Source: Daphnia carinata (lineage: Eukaryota). From it: 64,000 nt of DNA. Shown piece after piece: positions 1 through 12,576 of the stretch (the stretch's first letter is position 1; each line of letters starts with the position of its first letter). The position numbers were made by a program, and so were the translations under genes. The notes under the pieces were generated by a model. The model was not told the origin of the DNA. It was given only the letters and a program-made list of their open reading frames with translations, and ran no database searches. The stretch lies in NCBI RefSeq assembly GCF_022539665.2, contig NC_081331.1, positions 2,294,001 to 2,358,000 on the forward strand. The letters are read 5' to 3'.

Positions 1-3000
1 ATTGTCAATTGATTTCAATCAAACGAGTTTAGTTGACTGTATAGTAGGGAGCAATATAGTTTGAATTCGATTGAAATGCCGCTGTTATCGCCGACTCTCT
101 CGTGTCCCCCACTTTATTGTGATGCTAATTCAATCTCGGCTCGTTGAACGGTAAAAGGAAGGGTGCATATATGATGCGAGTCGAAGGGAAAGCAAAACGA
201 GGGGGGGGGATTTGAAAATAAATAAATAAATAAAATACAAATAAAAAAAAAAGCCGTCAGAAAAATCAAACTCAATCAAGCTGTCTGATCGGTGCGATCA
301 ATACGTGATTGCCTTGCGCTGGGCGGTTATGGGTATACATACAAAAATGTATAGGCACGGTCCTATAGACGAAGGATTATCCCATCTCCTCCCCCACCTT
401 CCCTATTCCTTCAATCCATCACGACTTTGTTAACAGAGCCAGAAAGCTGATCCATCATTGCAACGTGATTGTAACGCGACGAAGGCACCCGGCACTCATT
501 CCTTAATCAGCTCTGGGCAGTCAGGAACTAGCCTTTTTTTCTGGTTTCTAAGACGTTTGTTAAACAAACAAGAAAGGAAAACTCGAAGAAAAAACGCAGC
601 ATCGTACCAGTATAAAATCAGAAAATTACGTACGCAGAGTTGCACACACGCAAGTTAAATGAAAAAGAATCTAAACAGCCATAGTTTTCAATCAGAGAAC
701 CAAACGAGAAACACATTTTTTTTTGTGGCTGAATTGACGGACAAATAAAAAGGTCAACAGGCCAGCGGGTTCGTTTTGTCATTCGTTGTATTGATGATAG
801 ACAAAAGAAGAGGTCGATTCCGCATGAGCCAAGTCATCGCGTGTGTTGTTCATGTCGAGAAAAAAGAAAAAGGGATTTTTCACATGTAACAAACAAACCT
901 TGTTCAAGGTTGGATATGTATAATGTAGACTGACGAAAGGCTGACGGACTCTTTTGAGTCGAGCAATTTACTAGTCAGTCTTTGAAAAAAAAAAAAATCA
1001 AAAGAAAGCAACAGAAAAAATTATGATGACAGGTCTGCCGGGGCAGCCCGTCCACACAACCCCATCATCTGCCATGTTTTTTTTGTTTGTTTTTTTCTCA
1101 TTTATTTTTTGAAATAAGAAGAATCTTCTCATAGAAAGACATGGCAAAATAAAAGGGACAAGAGCTGACGAGGCTGCAAAAGGAATACGTTCTGTACATG
1201 TTGACATAGTTGTCAGTTAGAAAATGATTACAAGAAAAGGACGCGAGCTCTTTCATGTGGAAACGGATGAGACGGCCAACATTTCCCCCATCTCCACTTG
1301 TAAGCCGATTTCCACGACTGTAACTATTGCTTTTTCTTTTTGATTTCTGGAAAGAGGGAATCACTGGTAGAGCGTTCGTTATCGTCAAATGTACCATATC
1401 TTAACAAAAATCAGAAATCTCGATTTGGAACGTGCCTTTGCTCGATGTACGTTGCCCAGTCGATAATAGATTCACTGTGACGATGTACAAACATCATCAT
1501 AGACTGGTGGATGACCTCTTTATTTTGTAATGCGATTATCTTACGGGGATAACGCTGCACCCTATTTGTCCCAGACTGACTGATCGGGCAATAAACCAAA
1601 AAGAAGTTGGGCAGTGTTCCAGACCATTAACTTTTTCTTTTATTCTCTCCTACATGTACGAAAAAGAAAAACTAGTACATGAAAATGATTTCACCTGCGT
1701 GCTCCGTTTTGGCAATTTATTCATTGAAAATTATTCAAGAAAGTCGTGCAACAAGTTCTTTCCCCCGTTTTTCAACGAAAGAGCCCAATTTTCTTTTCAG
1801 TTCCACAATTGCTGGAAAATGAGAGCTGCTGAGATTGCTCAATTGAAAGAAACCAATCGGAAGAATTTTTCTCTTACAGATGTTAAAGAAAAAAGGTTTC
1901 CATGTTACTCGGACTGCTCCGCTCTGATGCTCTCATAACAGATGACTTTGTCCCCACCCATTTTTTCTATGTCCCTCTTCACGCACGGGGCAACCCCTCC
2001 TCCAATGTGTCACATAACCGCATTTCGCCACACATATACAAAACTATGCGACGACCCTGTATATATATATACAATCCAAACACATCCATATATATAGACA
2101 TGAATATGGATGCTGGAGAAAAGAATGACTCTTGCAACTTCTCATGGCTAGTGCTCTACGGAGGGGAAAAGGGCGTGACTGGTAGTGACCTAACCAGCTG
2201 ACCTGCCAACTCTCTGCATTTGAGTAATAAATACACGCATGTAGCCATGACCCCCTCAATGTGTAAAATTCTATTTTCCCTTCAAGTCTGCGAAGTCTAA
2301 AGGAGCTATTGTCCATGGTTAAACAATCGTAAGAGCAACAGCCGGTTTCGACCATTTTTCATGATGGAATCTCTCGGTGAACGAAACCCTTTATTCCATC
2401 TGTGAAGAGTTCATATCAAATTACACAGTGAAATTGTTTTGACGGATATGGAACGTTTTGATCTGCAAGAATTCGTGCAAGCCAAACAATGGAATTCTCT
2501 GCTGGTTTCTGGTCCCTTTTTAAACTGCGTTTGATTCGTGAATAAGGTAAACGCACACGCAGTTATGATTCGCATTCCTTTTTCCTCGTAGCAAAAAAAA
2601 AAAAGAGTTATACTTCTGTCTAAGTTTGCATGTCAGTGATTTTGAAAGTCGACTATGTGTGTATTACACCGAAAGAAAACGGCTGATGAAGGTGGACACG
2701 GCGTCGGAATTACCATCGCTCACGCTCGTTATTTATTACTGTTATTAAGACTCGAGATGGAAAACGTTCAAACGACCATCACCTCAGGCGATGGCCATTT
2801 CTTTTATTCAATGCGAAACCCGAAGGGGGAGAGAAAAAAAAATATTCACGCAATGATCGCCAAGTAGCTGATTAGAGCAAGTAACAAGTAGGCGTCGTTG
2901 TACACTAGCGATCCAGTTAACTATGATACGAGATTGCACAGTAAGAAAAAAAAAATATGAAATTGTTATCGACAGGATTTCAATTAGTTTCAGCTATATC

Positions 3001-3267
3001 CGTCAGAAAGAGGTTTAAAAAAAATTTCTTTCTATTTTTCTGAACCGCCGCCGTTAGAGTAAAGGAGTCCGTTCAATGACGTCGACGACCGCACCGCCAT
3101 ATTGTATATTGTTATTGAGTTGGAAGTCACGGACATGTGAGAGAGAGATATAGCCGCCTTGTCTGTGAATGTATTGTAAAGCCTTACATGTTATGGTATG
3201 CATTTAAGCCGCGGAAGAACTTTTTAACGGCCAGTAAACTCCGTCTACAATTATAGTATTTGTGATG

Positions 3268-3289
3268 CTCTCTCTCTCTCTCTCTCTCT
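3268..3289. repeat. (CT)n microsatellite
   Basis: About 10 tandem CT units read directly. Confidence 0.85.
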
Positions 3290-6200
3290 TATACACAACA
3301 ACTGCTACCACTATACCCACACTATATACACAGCCCTTGATGACTATACCAAGAGCAATAACAGGCGCAGCGTATAGTCCACGCCTGGCAAAATTATTTC
3401 AATGGCCCTGTATTTTTTTTGAAGGTTTTTTTCCTTCCACCAAAGAGACATTTTCATGTGCGTCAGTTCACCTCAAAATGACTGCCTTCTTCTTCGTAGA
3501 AGAAGTAAAAAAAAAAGTAATAATAATAATAAGAAAGAGGGAAAAAAAAACATGGAACAAAAGCAAGTGGACTGTTGAGACTATCATAAACAGGCCATTG
3601 CACACAGCACGTTTCGAGTTCTTCTCATGGTGGTGCATAATGTTATACTTGTCGGTTGATGATGGGGCTGTTGGCGGCTTTGGGGCACTTGTGTGGGCGT
3701 GTAAATAGTACGGAGAACACACTAGGCCAGGCACAGCAGCAGCAGCGCACAAGAAAACAAATGAGCGAATAAGCCATTCCCAGTCTTGTTACATGATGCC
3801 TTATGAGGTACTTAAGAACGCTCGGCCAGCAATAAACATTCAACAACAACAAAAAAAAATAGAGAAGAAATGAAGAATATTATACTGGAACTGCTTATTG
3901 TTTGTGGGTTTCTGAAGACTTGGTTAAGAATTTTTTTTTTATAGTTCGCATTTTTTGGAGAAAAAAAAACAGTCCAGCAAAATAAATAGCGGAATGCTGA
4001 GGGGCGTGGTCGACATGTGCCCAGGAAGAAACTCAAAGATGCTGATGACCATATCGTCGTTGATTTCAAAGCCTGAACTGTACAGTTTTTCAAAGAGTTT
4101 TGACTCGACCTTCGTGGTTTTGTTTTGGGTCAAACTGGAACGAATGCGACACGAGACGTTTCCACGTGTCCCGGGCGGTTCGTCGTCGTGTTGTCACATT
4201 TCGACTTAATGAGCTTGACAAAACGCGACGCCCCCTTTTACCTCTTTAGACGGCGGCAGACTTTTCAGTGACAACAACGAGTTCTCTCGTTTCCATCTAT
4301 CCCTACACCTCCCCCCCGCTTGGCCAACCCTCCTCTCTTTCAACTTTGTGTTCCTTTCGAAACAGTTCGCCCTATTTTTTTTTTTTTTTAGTTGTACGCT
4401 TCTGGTTAATGAACTTTTTTCTTTGTTTTGCTTGTGCGGAAAACAATTGACCAGCCCGTACTCGGAAGTTCTTACAGGCAAATGATGAGGATGCGTGCCG
4501 GAAGAAGAAGACCGGCGCGCGCATCCGTACACCGCAGACAACAAAACGCCCCTCCCTCATCATGTGGTGCAGATATGTATATATAAGATCGTTTCTGTAT
4601 TCTACGCGCTTTGAAACCGAAAAAGAAGAGCTGATGAGTCTCGACTAACGATCTCCAACCAACTCCGCCCATTTTCATTCCCAATCACCGCATCGCGCGG
4701 ACTGGCTCTCCCTTTTTTTTTCCCTTTTATAGTACATAGGGATATACTTGAATGTTAGTGCGTAAGTAGAACAAAAAATCTACGTACCCCCTCCTTCTTT
4801 GTCGCTATTCTTTTGTTTTTAGGCGGAGGGGGGGGGGTTAGTTTAAAATTCAATTCACTAAGAATATTCATTTCAACGGTCAATAGACAAGGATTCATAG
4901 GTGCGCATTAAGCATGGGCCTAATTAGAATAGGGTATACATAAGGCCGACAAAGTTAATTAGTAAGTCAGATGTAATAGTCAGTGAAACTGTTGTTGTAT
5001 GTGGAATTACGCTCACCGTATCATTTCGACTTTCCATACGTTTTCGCTAATTATCGATAAGGTTTTGACGGACACTGCCCATGTATAGAAATATGGCCCA
5101 CTAAAACAAATTTGCAGCTGATAGAAATTCGAACCATGTCCTCGACAAAAAATCGTAAACCGCGAATCATTTGTCGCCTTCCGTGTTGTACAAGAGGGAG
5201 GGGATAAAAAAGAAACAACCGTTGGGTGGATTGATGCCGTATTTTGTTGGTGTCTATGCGTGTATACGTATTTGTATAGATTTATACACGTTGTAGACTG
5301 CTGCACACGTCTACAATAATAACTATGAATAAAGGAGAGAGATACAGAGGGGGGAGGGTGTGCGTATGCGTGGGAGTGCGCTGCCAACACACAAAACACA
5401 CGAGCTCTATTATCTAATATATATATTATATGTGTGCTGCTGGTTATTTGTCGATCAAACACGCAGTTGGGTGGGGGTGTGGATGGGCGGGAGGGACGGA
5501 GCTGCTGTCGGTGGCGGCTCGTGTTTCTTTCCTGGCAGCTCTGTACTCACTAATAACAATAATGATAATAAAATGATGTCGGTGCCTATGGAAGAGCTCG
5601 TGCTCTCAGTGCATAACACAAGGATAAACATCTTTTATCACTCGTTCAAACCGTCAGGCTGAGTGCATCAAAACTCTTTGCATTCAAACGAGAATAAATG
5701 ACCGGGTTTCAATTTACGTTTGGAGCGCAACCCAGCACATCAGTTGTCCATAACAAAAAGAGGGAACACAGATGGGAGATCGTTGACGTAAGAACTGCTA
5801 TAATGCAAGTAGCAGGAGTGGGTGTTTATTCACTGGATGTTACAGTCAACGTGAACTGGATTCACTCCACATGTACTATTTATTCTTTAAAGTCAACCAA
5901 ATCAATAGTCTTTGACAGCCAAACGTTTACTTTGCTACGTGCTTTTATTTTTTCATGGAATATTTTTTTTTTTTTAATTCAAATTACACAACAAAATGAA
6001 GTAGATTTTACCATTTTGGGGAAAATAAGGTAAAAACATTTGGTGAGGAGCGGCTGGCTGCAAATAGATGATGGCGATTGCCGTGCCGTCGAGGGCGGTT
6101 GTTGTAGGTGAAAGAACTAATGGCCACGTTGGCGCCTGCCCTAAGATGAAAACCCTTCAGTATTTCCTCCTTCATATTACAGTTTCGCCTTTCTCTATAT

Positions 6201-6728
6201 ACGCTAAGTCCGTGTATGTATGCTAATAGGCTGGTACGGCGGCGGCTGGAGCGGCGCTGCCGTCCGACAGAGAGACGTATCCAGCGCAATCGATAGATTG
6301 CCCCTATGCCTCTATAGTTCGTTTAGAATAAACGTAAAATGTGTATACACAGAGATTTCTTTCCGTAAAGTGCAAAAGACTAGACAAAATGAGGGGTTTT
6401 TCAGGCGTAGGTAAGTGTGAAAGGCGCCACCTTTCTATTCGAGAAAATCAACTCAAAGCCGCCTACATTTTAACTGGCACTCCGTCCATCCTGTTTGAAA
6501 TTTTATTTAAAACCACATGTAACAACAACGTAATCGAAATTAAATAGTGTATTGATGTATCTGGCTTACGTTATAAACCACATCTAATTAATCTGAGCTG
6601 TGTATCCATAGTTTTCTTTATTTGATCGGATGTAGCAGCGCGGGGAGAAAACAAATCAGCCGGAAACGCCCGTCTTCGTACGTTGTAAAAGAACACAAAG
6701 AAATTGAATAGAGAATAGACTTCAAGCC

Positions 6729-7010
6729 CTTGTGAAAATTGTTATTTTTTTCATTAAGTCAACCGTTGTGGAAATACACCACTATTTCTGTTGCATAGCG
6801 CTAGCGCTATGGCGTACTGGTGCGTTAGCATTGTATCAAATATTAGGTGTATTTAAAAAACGATTGATTTAATGAAAAAAATAGCAATTTTATCGGCATC
6901 AGCATTCAATTTTGAATATATCATTTGATATTCAACCAATTCCGATGACTATCACTTTTTGTAGAAAAATTTTTTAAGCCCGACTAAATAATAAGCCCGA
7001 CTTTTCTTCA
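6729..7010. repeat. Partial copy of the AT-rich, internally palindromic MITE/foldback module also found at 9404-9770
   Basis: Direct similarity to 9520-9770 (TGTGGAAATACACCACTATTTCTG...GCTAGCGCTAT...TGATATTCAACCAATTCCGAT). It ends in the paired AAGCCCGAC motifs (about 6977 and 6993), the reverse complement of GTCGGGCTT at 9411-9437. Confidence 0.8.
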
Positions 7011-9403
7011 GCCCTGGAATCAAGGGCTGGAAAACAAAGGAAGATGCATATTTTTTTTCTAATGGTACACTCGCCGTGTGTGTTTGTGTGTACAGAGAAG
7101 GAAAGAGGAGGGAAAAAGGGTCATTTGTGTGTGACTTTGAATTTTAAATGCTTATTTTCAACGTCATTAGAGGACACACAAGTACCTACTGGATGAAGAG
7201 TTGTTTCATTTTAAAAAAGAGGTCAAGTCGTAAAAATGTCTTCATTTTCCTCACATTCTCTCGCTCTGTTAGTCCATTGTGAACGAAGGGGAAGCCGCGA
7301 GAACAACGGTGATCTAGTTTCCAGCTGCGAAAATGGAGACATTTTGTACAAAACTTATCGTCCTCTAATGTTATGGAGAGGGGAGAAAAAACCAATAGAA
7401 GCGCGGGTCTTTGAAAAGGCAATTGGGTTTTTGGCAAATTCTCTTTCTCTCTCCCTCCTTATGTACATCGCATAATGTGACCATTTTTCGACCACACACT
7501 CATTCCAAATGTTTCTATTCCTCGCCGCACCAAGTTCGCGGTCGGAACTTTTTTTTTTCTTTCACTTATTCAACCAAGGCGGTCGGCTCTTGTCATCATG
7601 TTGTTGTGCAACGACCTTTTCTACGTACATGAGCCGATTCCGGAAGTCATTGGGCCGCCCAAACGATGGCCAAAGCAAAGGGCACATAGGCACAGCGAAA
7701 AAGAAGAAACTAGAAACCGGAAAGGAAGTTTTCAAAGCCTTTTCTTATTTTATCCTCTTTCTTTCTCTCTCCCTATTGTGTGTTTTCCTTGTGCGTTGGC
7801 CAAAGGCCCTACATGCGCGTGCGCGGCTCTTCTAGTCCGCTATTATTTACTTTGTCGGAACTTAAATGGATCTGTCGGAAAATGCAATATCAATAAAAAT
7901 TCTAGCGAAAGGCACTTTTTGTATGTGCTGCAGCAGTAAAAAGGAATCAAAGTCAGCACAACTCAGAGTGCTGATCGACTTTGTTAGAGGCTTAACAAAA
8001 AATGTGAATGTGTGCTGTGTCTTGTCGTCGGACTCCGCCCTGCCACTGACCATCCATAAGAGAGGCTTCTTTTGTTGTCATATGTTACACAGTGCCTTGT
8101 ATAACAAGGCCATTGCCCTCACAGATCGGTCGTTTGCTACTGCAGCAAGTCTTCGCTAGAGGAACATTTTTATGATCCATCAATTGAGAGAAGAAGACAG
8201 GCCACAGAGCCCCAAGTGGCAACCTAGGCACCGCAAACATTAAACACAGGCAATGCCATCAGCTTTGCCAAAAAAAAAAATGGGAACTTACAAGACAAAT
8301 GACCAGTAGAAGCCCTTCTTGTACGATCAGTTGGTGAACCTGGGCAACATAATTTCGCCCAGGTTTTTTTCTTTCTTCGAAACAACCATATCGTGTGTGC
8401 GGCAAAATCCACTTGGGGTCGAAATATGTCAGCTCGATCTGACCACACAGGATCCATTAAGGTGATGAGCCTTTTCAGAGTCGTTTGAAACATATCAACC
8501 AAAAATGCTTGTCAGAAACCTAATGCCACCGGCTATCATTGTGGATCGTTAAAATTCTTTCGAGGTTTTCGTTGGCCAGTAGAGAACAGGTTCTATATTT
8601 ACACATTTTTGCTCTACATGGCGTGCAACATACGGTAGCTGCTGCCAATTTTCACTTCATTCACATTGTTGCTGGTTCCCATCACGTCGATGATGAATGA
8701 TTTGCTAAGACGCGCTTGTTCAGTCAAGAATCAATTCTAAAAAAATGAGATTCACGATAAAAAGGAAAAAAAATAAGAAACATCGACTTGAGCGATTGGA
8801 ATAAATTACGATGCGCGTTTGCGTTATATCATGGCGCGCGCCAGGTCAAAAAGACTGATTGTCCAGTATAACGTAGTAAGATTGGCCCACCTATTCACAT
8901 ACCGTAAGATTATCTGAATTTAATTGAGCAGTGCTGCTACTGGGGGTGCGCGCAGAGGTGTGTTATTATCGAAGCATCGCGTGATCAGCACATCACACAG
9001 TGCATTGTCTTCTTCATCGATCTGTTCCAAGACACACTGTCTACACATTATTACTGCGTAAGAAAAATCAAATCATTTCAAATCAACTTTTTGCTCCGTG
9101 CGATTAGACTTTTCTTTCGATTCTTGTTTCCTTTCTCTGTTGCAACAGGTCACCGAAGAGCCGGGAGCACTTATTGAAAATGATTCAAATGATAAATGCG
9201 TGTGGAGAATAAAGAACAAGACAACTACTGCCCCTTTTTATCCTGAAAAAATTTCTTTAAATTCGAAATGTGAATCAATAAAAGTTAGGAACTAGTGCGT
9301 TCCTCACGGCGCACTGACAGAGCAAAGTGTAATTATGAATATTTACGGTTGAGGTAAATCAAGACATTATCCATAATCTAATGAACGTAAATAACGAAAA
9401 AAT

Positions 9404-9922
9404 AAGAAAAGTCGGGCTTATTATTTAGTCGGGCTTAAAAATGTTTTCTGCAAAAACTGACAGTCATCGGAATTGGTTGAATATCAAAAAGTATACCCAC
9501 AATTGAATGCTGATTCCGAGAAAATTGTTATTTTTTTCACTAAATCAACCATTGTGGAAATACACCACTATTTCTGCTGCATAGTGCTAGCGCTATAGCG
9601 TACTGGCGCGCTAGCATTGTCAAATATTAGGTGTATTAAAAAAAACGATTAACCTAATGAAATAATTGCAATTTCCTCGGAATCAGCATTCAATTTTTGG
9701 GTATATCCTTTGATATTCAACCAATTCCGATAACTGTCTGTTTTTGCTGGAAAAAATTTTATGCCCGAATAATTAAGGCCAAGCGCTATGCATCAGAAAT
9801 ATTCCTTGAGTGTATCTACAGAATTAACTAGAAACTGACCGGTAGATGGCGATAGCAATAATACAGAGAAAAAACTTTATTTTTTTTTTTTTTTTTTGGG
9901 GGGGGGGGTAAAAGGGATTGCC
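9404..9922. mobile_element. Non-autonomous DNA-transposon (MITE/foldback-like) unit with one recognisable terminus
   Basis: 9404-9770 is an imperfect hairpin (GTCGGGCTT...ATCGGAATTGGTTGAATATCA versus TGATATTCAACCAATTCCGAT...GCCCGA). It continues to a terminus CGGTAGATGGC...GTAAAAGGGATTGCC|ATA, which resembles the ends at 16643 and 16876. No coding capacity is visible. Confidence 0.7.
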
Positions 9923-9935
9923 ATAGGCCTTCTCA

Positions 9936-11610
9936 GAAAAAGTCGGGCTTATTTTGCTTGTCGGGCTTAAAAAATTTTTCGTGATCAGCGATCAATTTCG
10001 AATCGGAACACTGTATTTTTAACGAAATCTAGAATTTGACGAAAATTGAAAAAGTAAGAAGGCTATAGCCTTCTCACTTTTTCATTTTTGGCCAAATTTT
10101 AAATTTGGCTTAACATACATGATTTCGATGCAGAATGGAATGCTAATCACGAATATAAAGTTCATTGTTTAATTAACCTTGTAGTTTTTGAAATAAACAC
10201 AAAAAACAGAAGGCCGGGCCTATTTTATCGGGCTAAACATTTTTTCCTGTTAAAAAAATAATATCACTAAATAGAGATAACTATATATGCTTTTGATTCA
10301 AAATTAACCAAAAAAAACGAAAATGGAAGTTGCATTTATGTAGAGTTTATAGTTTTGAGCAATCTAAATTATATAATTGAGTGCGAATCGAAAACATTTA
10401 TAGCGCGCCAGTACGCTACAGCTCTAGCGTGACACATCAAACTTCTTTGATTATTGAAAAACTATAAGCTCTACGTAACAACAAATTTCATTATCGTGTT
10501 CCTTGTTAAATTTTGAATCAGAATCATGTATAGTTATCTAGATTTAATGATATTATTTTTTAATAGGGCAAAATTTAAGCCCGACAAAATAAGCCCGACT
10601 TTTTGTTTTTTACGGTTAATTCAAAAACTAGAAGCGTAATATAAAAATATACCCCATTTTCGTGATCAGCGATCAATTTCGAATCAAAATAATTTGTTTT
10701 TAACCAAATCTCGAAAAAAATTTGACGAAAAATTGAATGTGTGATTGAATTATGATCAAAATAATTATAGCGCAATACTGCGCTATCATAATAGCTATTG
10801 CGCACCTATCCTTATACTTTAGACTACTCAAAAACCGTAAATTTTACGTAAAAACTAAGTTCATTTTCGTGATCCTTGTTAAATTTTGAATCTAAATCGT
10901 GGATATTGTTGCTTATTGTTAATAAAAACTTTAAAAAAAAAAGTCGGGCTTATATTGTCGGGCTTATTTTGTCGGCCTTAAAATTTTTTCCTATTAAAAA
11001 ATAATACTATTAAATCTAGATAACTATATATGATTTTGATTTGAAATTAAGCAAAGAAAAACGAAAATGGAATTTGTTTTCAATCAGTATCACATATAGT
11101 TATCTAGATTTAATGATATTAGTTTTTAATGGAATGCTCAAAATCACGAATATATGGCCAAATTTCAAATTTGGCTTAAAATACATGATTTCGATGCAGA
11201 ATGGAATGCTAATCACGAATATATGGTTCATTTTTTAACTGGTCTTATAGTTTTTGAAATAAACACAAAAAACAGCAGGCCAGGCCTATTTTATCGGGCT
11301 AAATATTTTTTCCTATCATTAAATAGAGATAACTATATATGCTTTTGACTCAAAATTAACCAAGGAACACGAATATAGATGTTGTTTTTATGAAGGGTTT
11401 ATAGTTCTTGAGTAATCTAAAATATAAAATTAGATGCGAATAATAGCGCTATAACGTACTGGATAAATAAACGACTTTCTGCGCTAGCATTGTGCGACTT
11501 TCTGCTGTATCGCGCTAGCGCCATAACGTACTGGCGCGCTAGCATTGTGTCAATTATTCGTTGTATTTCAAAGACGATTAACTTAATGAAAAAATAGCAA
11601 TATTCCGGTA
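9936..11610. repeat. Rearranged array of direct and inverted modules of the same repeat family
   Basis: Paired GTCGGGCTT motifs at about 9940 and 10941 (+) and AAGCCCGAC at about 10577 and 10592. Direct duplication of about 10085-10350 at about 11155-11430. About 10500-10600 is the reverse complement of about 10940-11050. About 11520-11608 matches about 9595-9680. Confidence 0.75.
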
Positions 11611-11844
11611 AATATGGCAATCCGTTTTATATGGCAATCCGTTTTACATAAAAAAAAAAAAAAAAAATTCGCCAAAAAAAAAAAAAAAAAAAATCACACT
11701 TTTTTCTTTTTTTCCGACACGTAGCCATCTACCGCTCAGACTCATTATTACTGGCGTAGGCAATTTCAGTCCATTGGATGCCATTCGCAGTTAGTTCAGT
11801 AGCGTGGATGGAGAATAACGCGTGGCTGGAGGAACAATTGAAAA

Positions 11845-12576
11845 ATGGATAAGATAATACAACAAAAGGATGGTAATTATAAACATTATTTTATTTGTTT
11901 TGAATTATTAATTATTGTTTATTAGATCAAATTATGGACCTGCAGGCTCAATTATTGCAACAGCACAAAATATTAGATAACAGCAAAGCTGAGGATGGTA
12001 AGGCTTAATACATAATGATTCTATTTATTTGCTTTTATTCATTTGTGTTTTGTAGCTCAAAGGTTGAGTCTACAAGCTCAGCTAGGGGAAAAGAACAAAT
12101 TGGAACAGAACAGTTTCCAAACAGTGAAGGAGGTTTTTCCAAACTCAAATCTAACTGAACATGAGGATGAATTGGCATTAGGCAAACACAGTCAGGTACC
12201 TAAACTTTTCAAATAAGAATTCAAAATAAGTATAGAATTTTAACAAACAATTATTTATTGTTTAGTTATTCAGTCTACCACCTGACAGTGTGTTAAATTT
12301 AAATTCTGTTAGTGCTGCACAAAAAGAATTGTTAGTAATAAGCCCATGCAGTGAAGGAAGTGAACAATTGTGGGACCGTATTTGGGCCGAAAATGGGTGT
12401 GGTACGGAAACCAAGATATGGCACAAGTTCAACATGAAACATGGATTAGGTACTTTTCGGTTTTATGTCTATTGAAAAAGTATTTTTAATGCTATTATTT
12501 TGCATTCACAGAATTTAATGGGGGATCAAATCAAGTCTGGAAGTGTTACAGGATGGAAGAGTCAGCCTACAGATGA
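11845..12576 (+). CDS. Predicted 162-aa spliced ORF of unknown function in the left arm (N-terminal Q/L-rich coiled-coil-like region)
   Basis: Exons 11845-11872, 11926-11997, 12056-12195, 12266-12449 and 12512-12576 are joined by GT-AG introns of 53, 58, 70 and 62 nt. The phases match and give 489 nt: MDKIIQQKDDQIMDLQAQLLQQHK...LSLQAQLGEKNKLEQ...EQLWDRIWAENGCG...KCYRMEESAYR*. No family recognised. Confidence 0.5.

Noticed and set aside
1..9300. Many 60-150 aa ORFs here and in 26000-38000 and 57000-64000
   Set aside because: They are dominated by poly-K and poly-F from A/T homopolymers, often use non-ATG starts and lack domains, consistent with chance ORFs in intergenic or intronic DNA.
9404..11610. 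CRISPR-like array from the recurring GTCGGGCTT motifs
   Set aside because: The context is eukaryotic, spacing is irregular, orientations are mixed, the intervening sequences are themselves repeats, and there are no cas genes.
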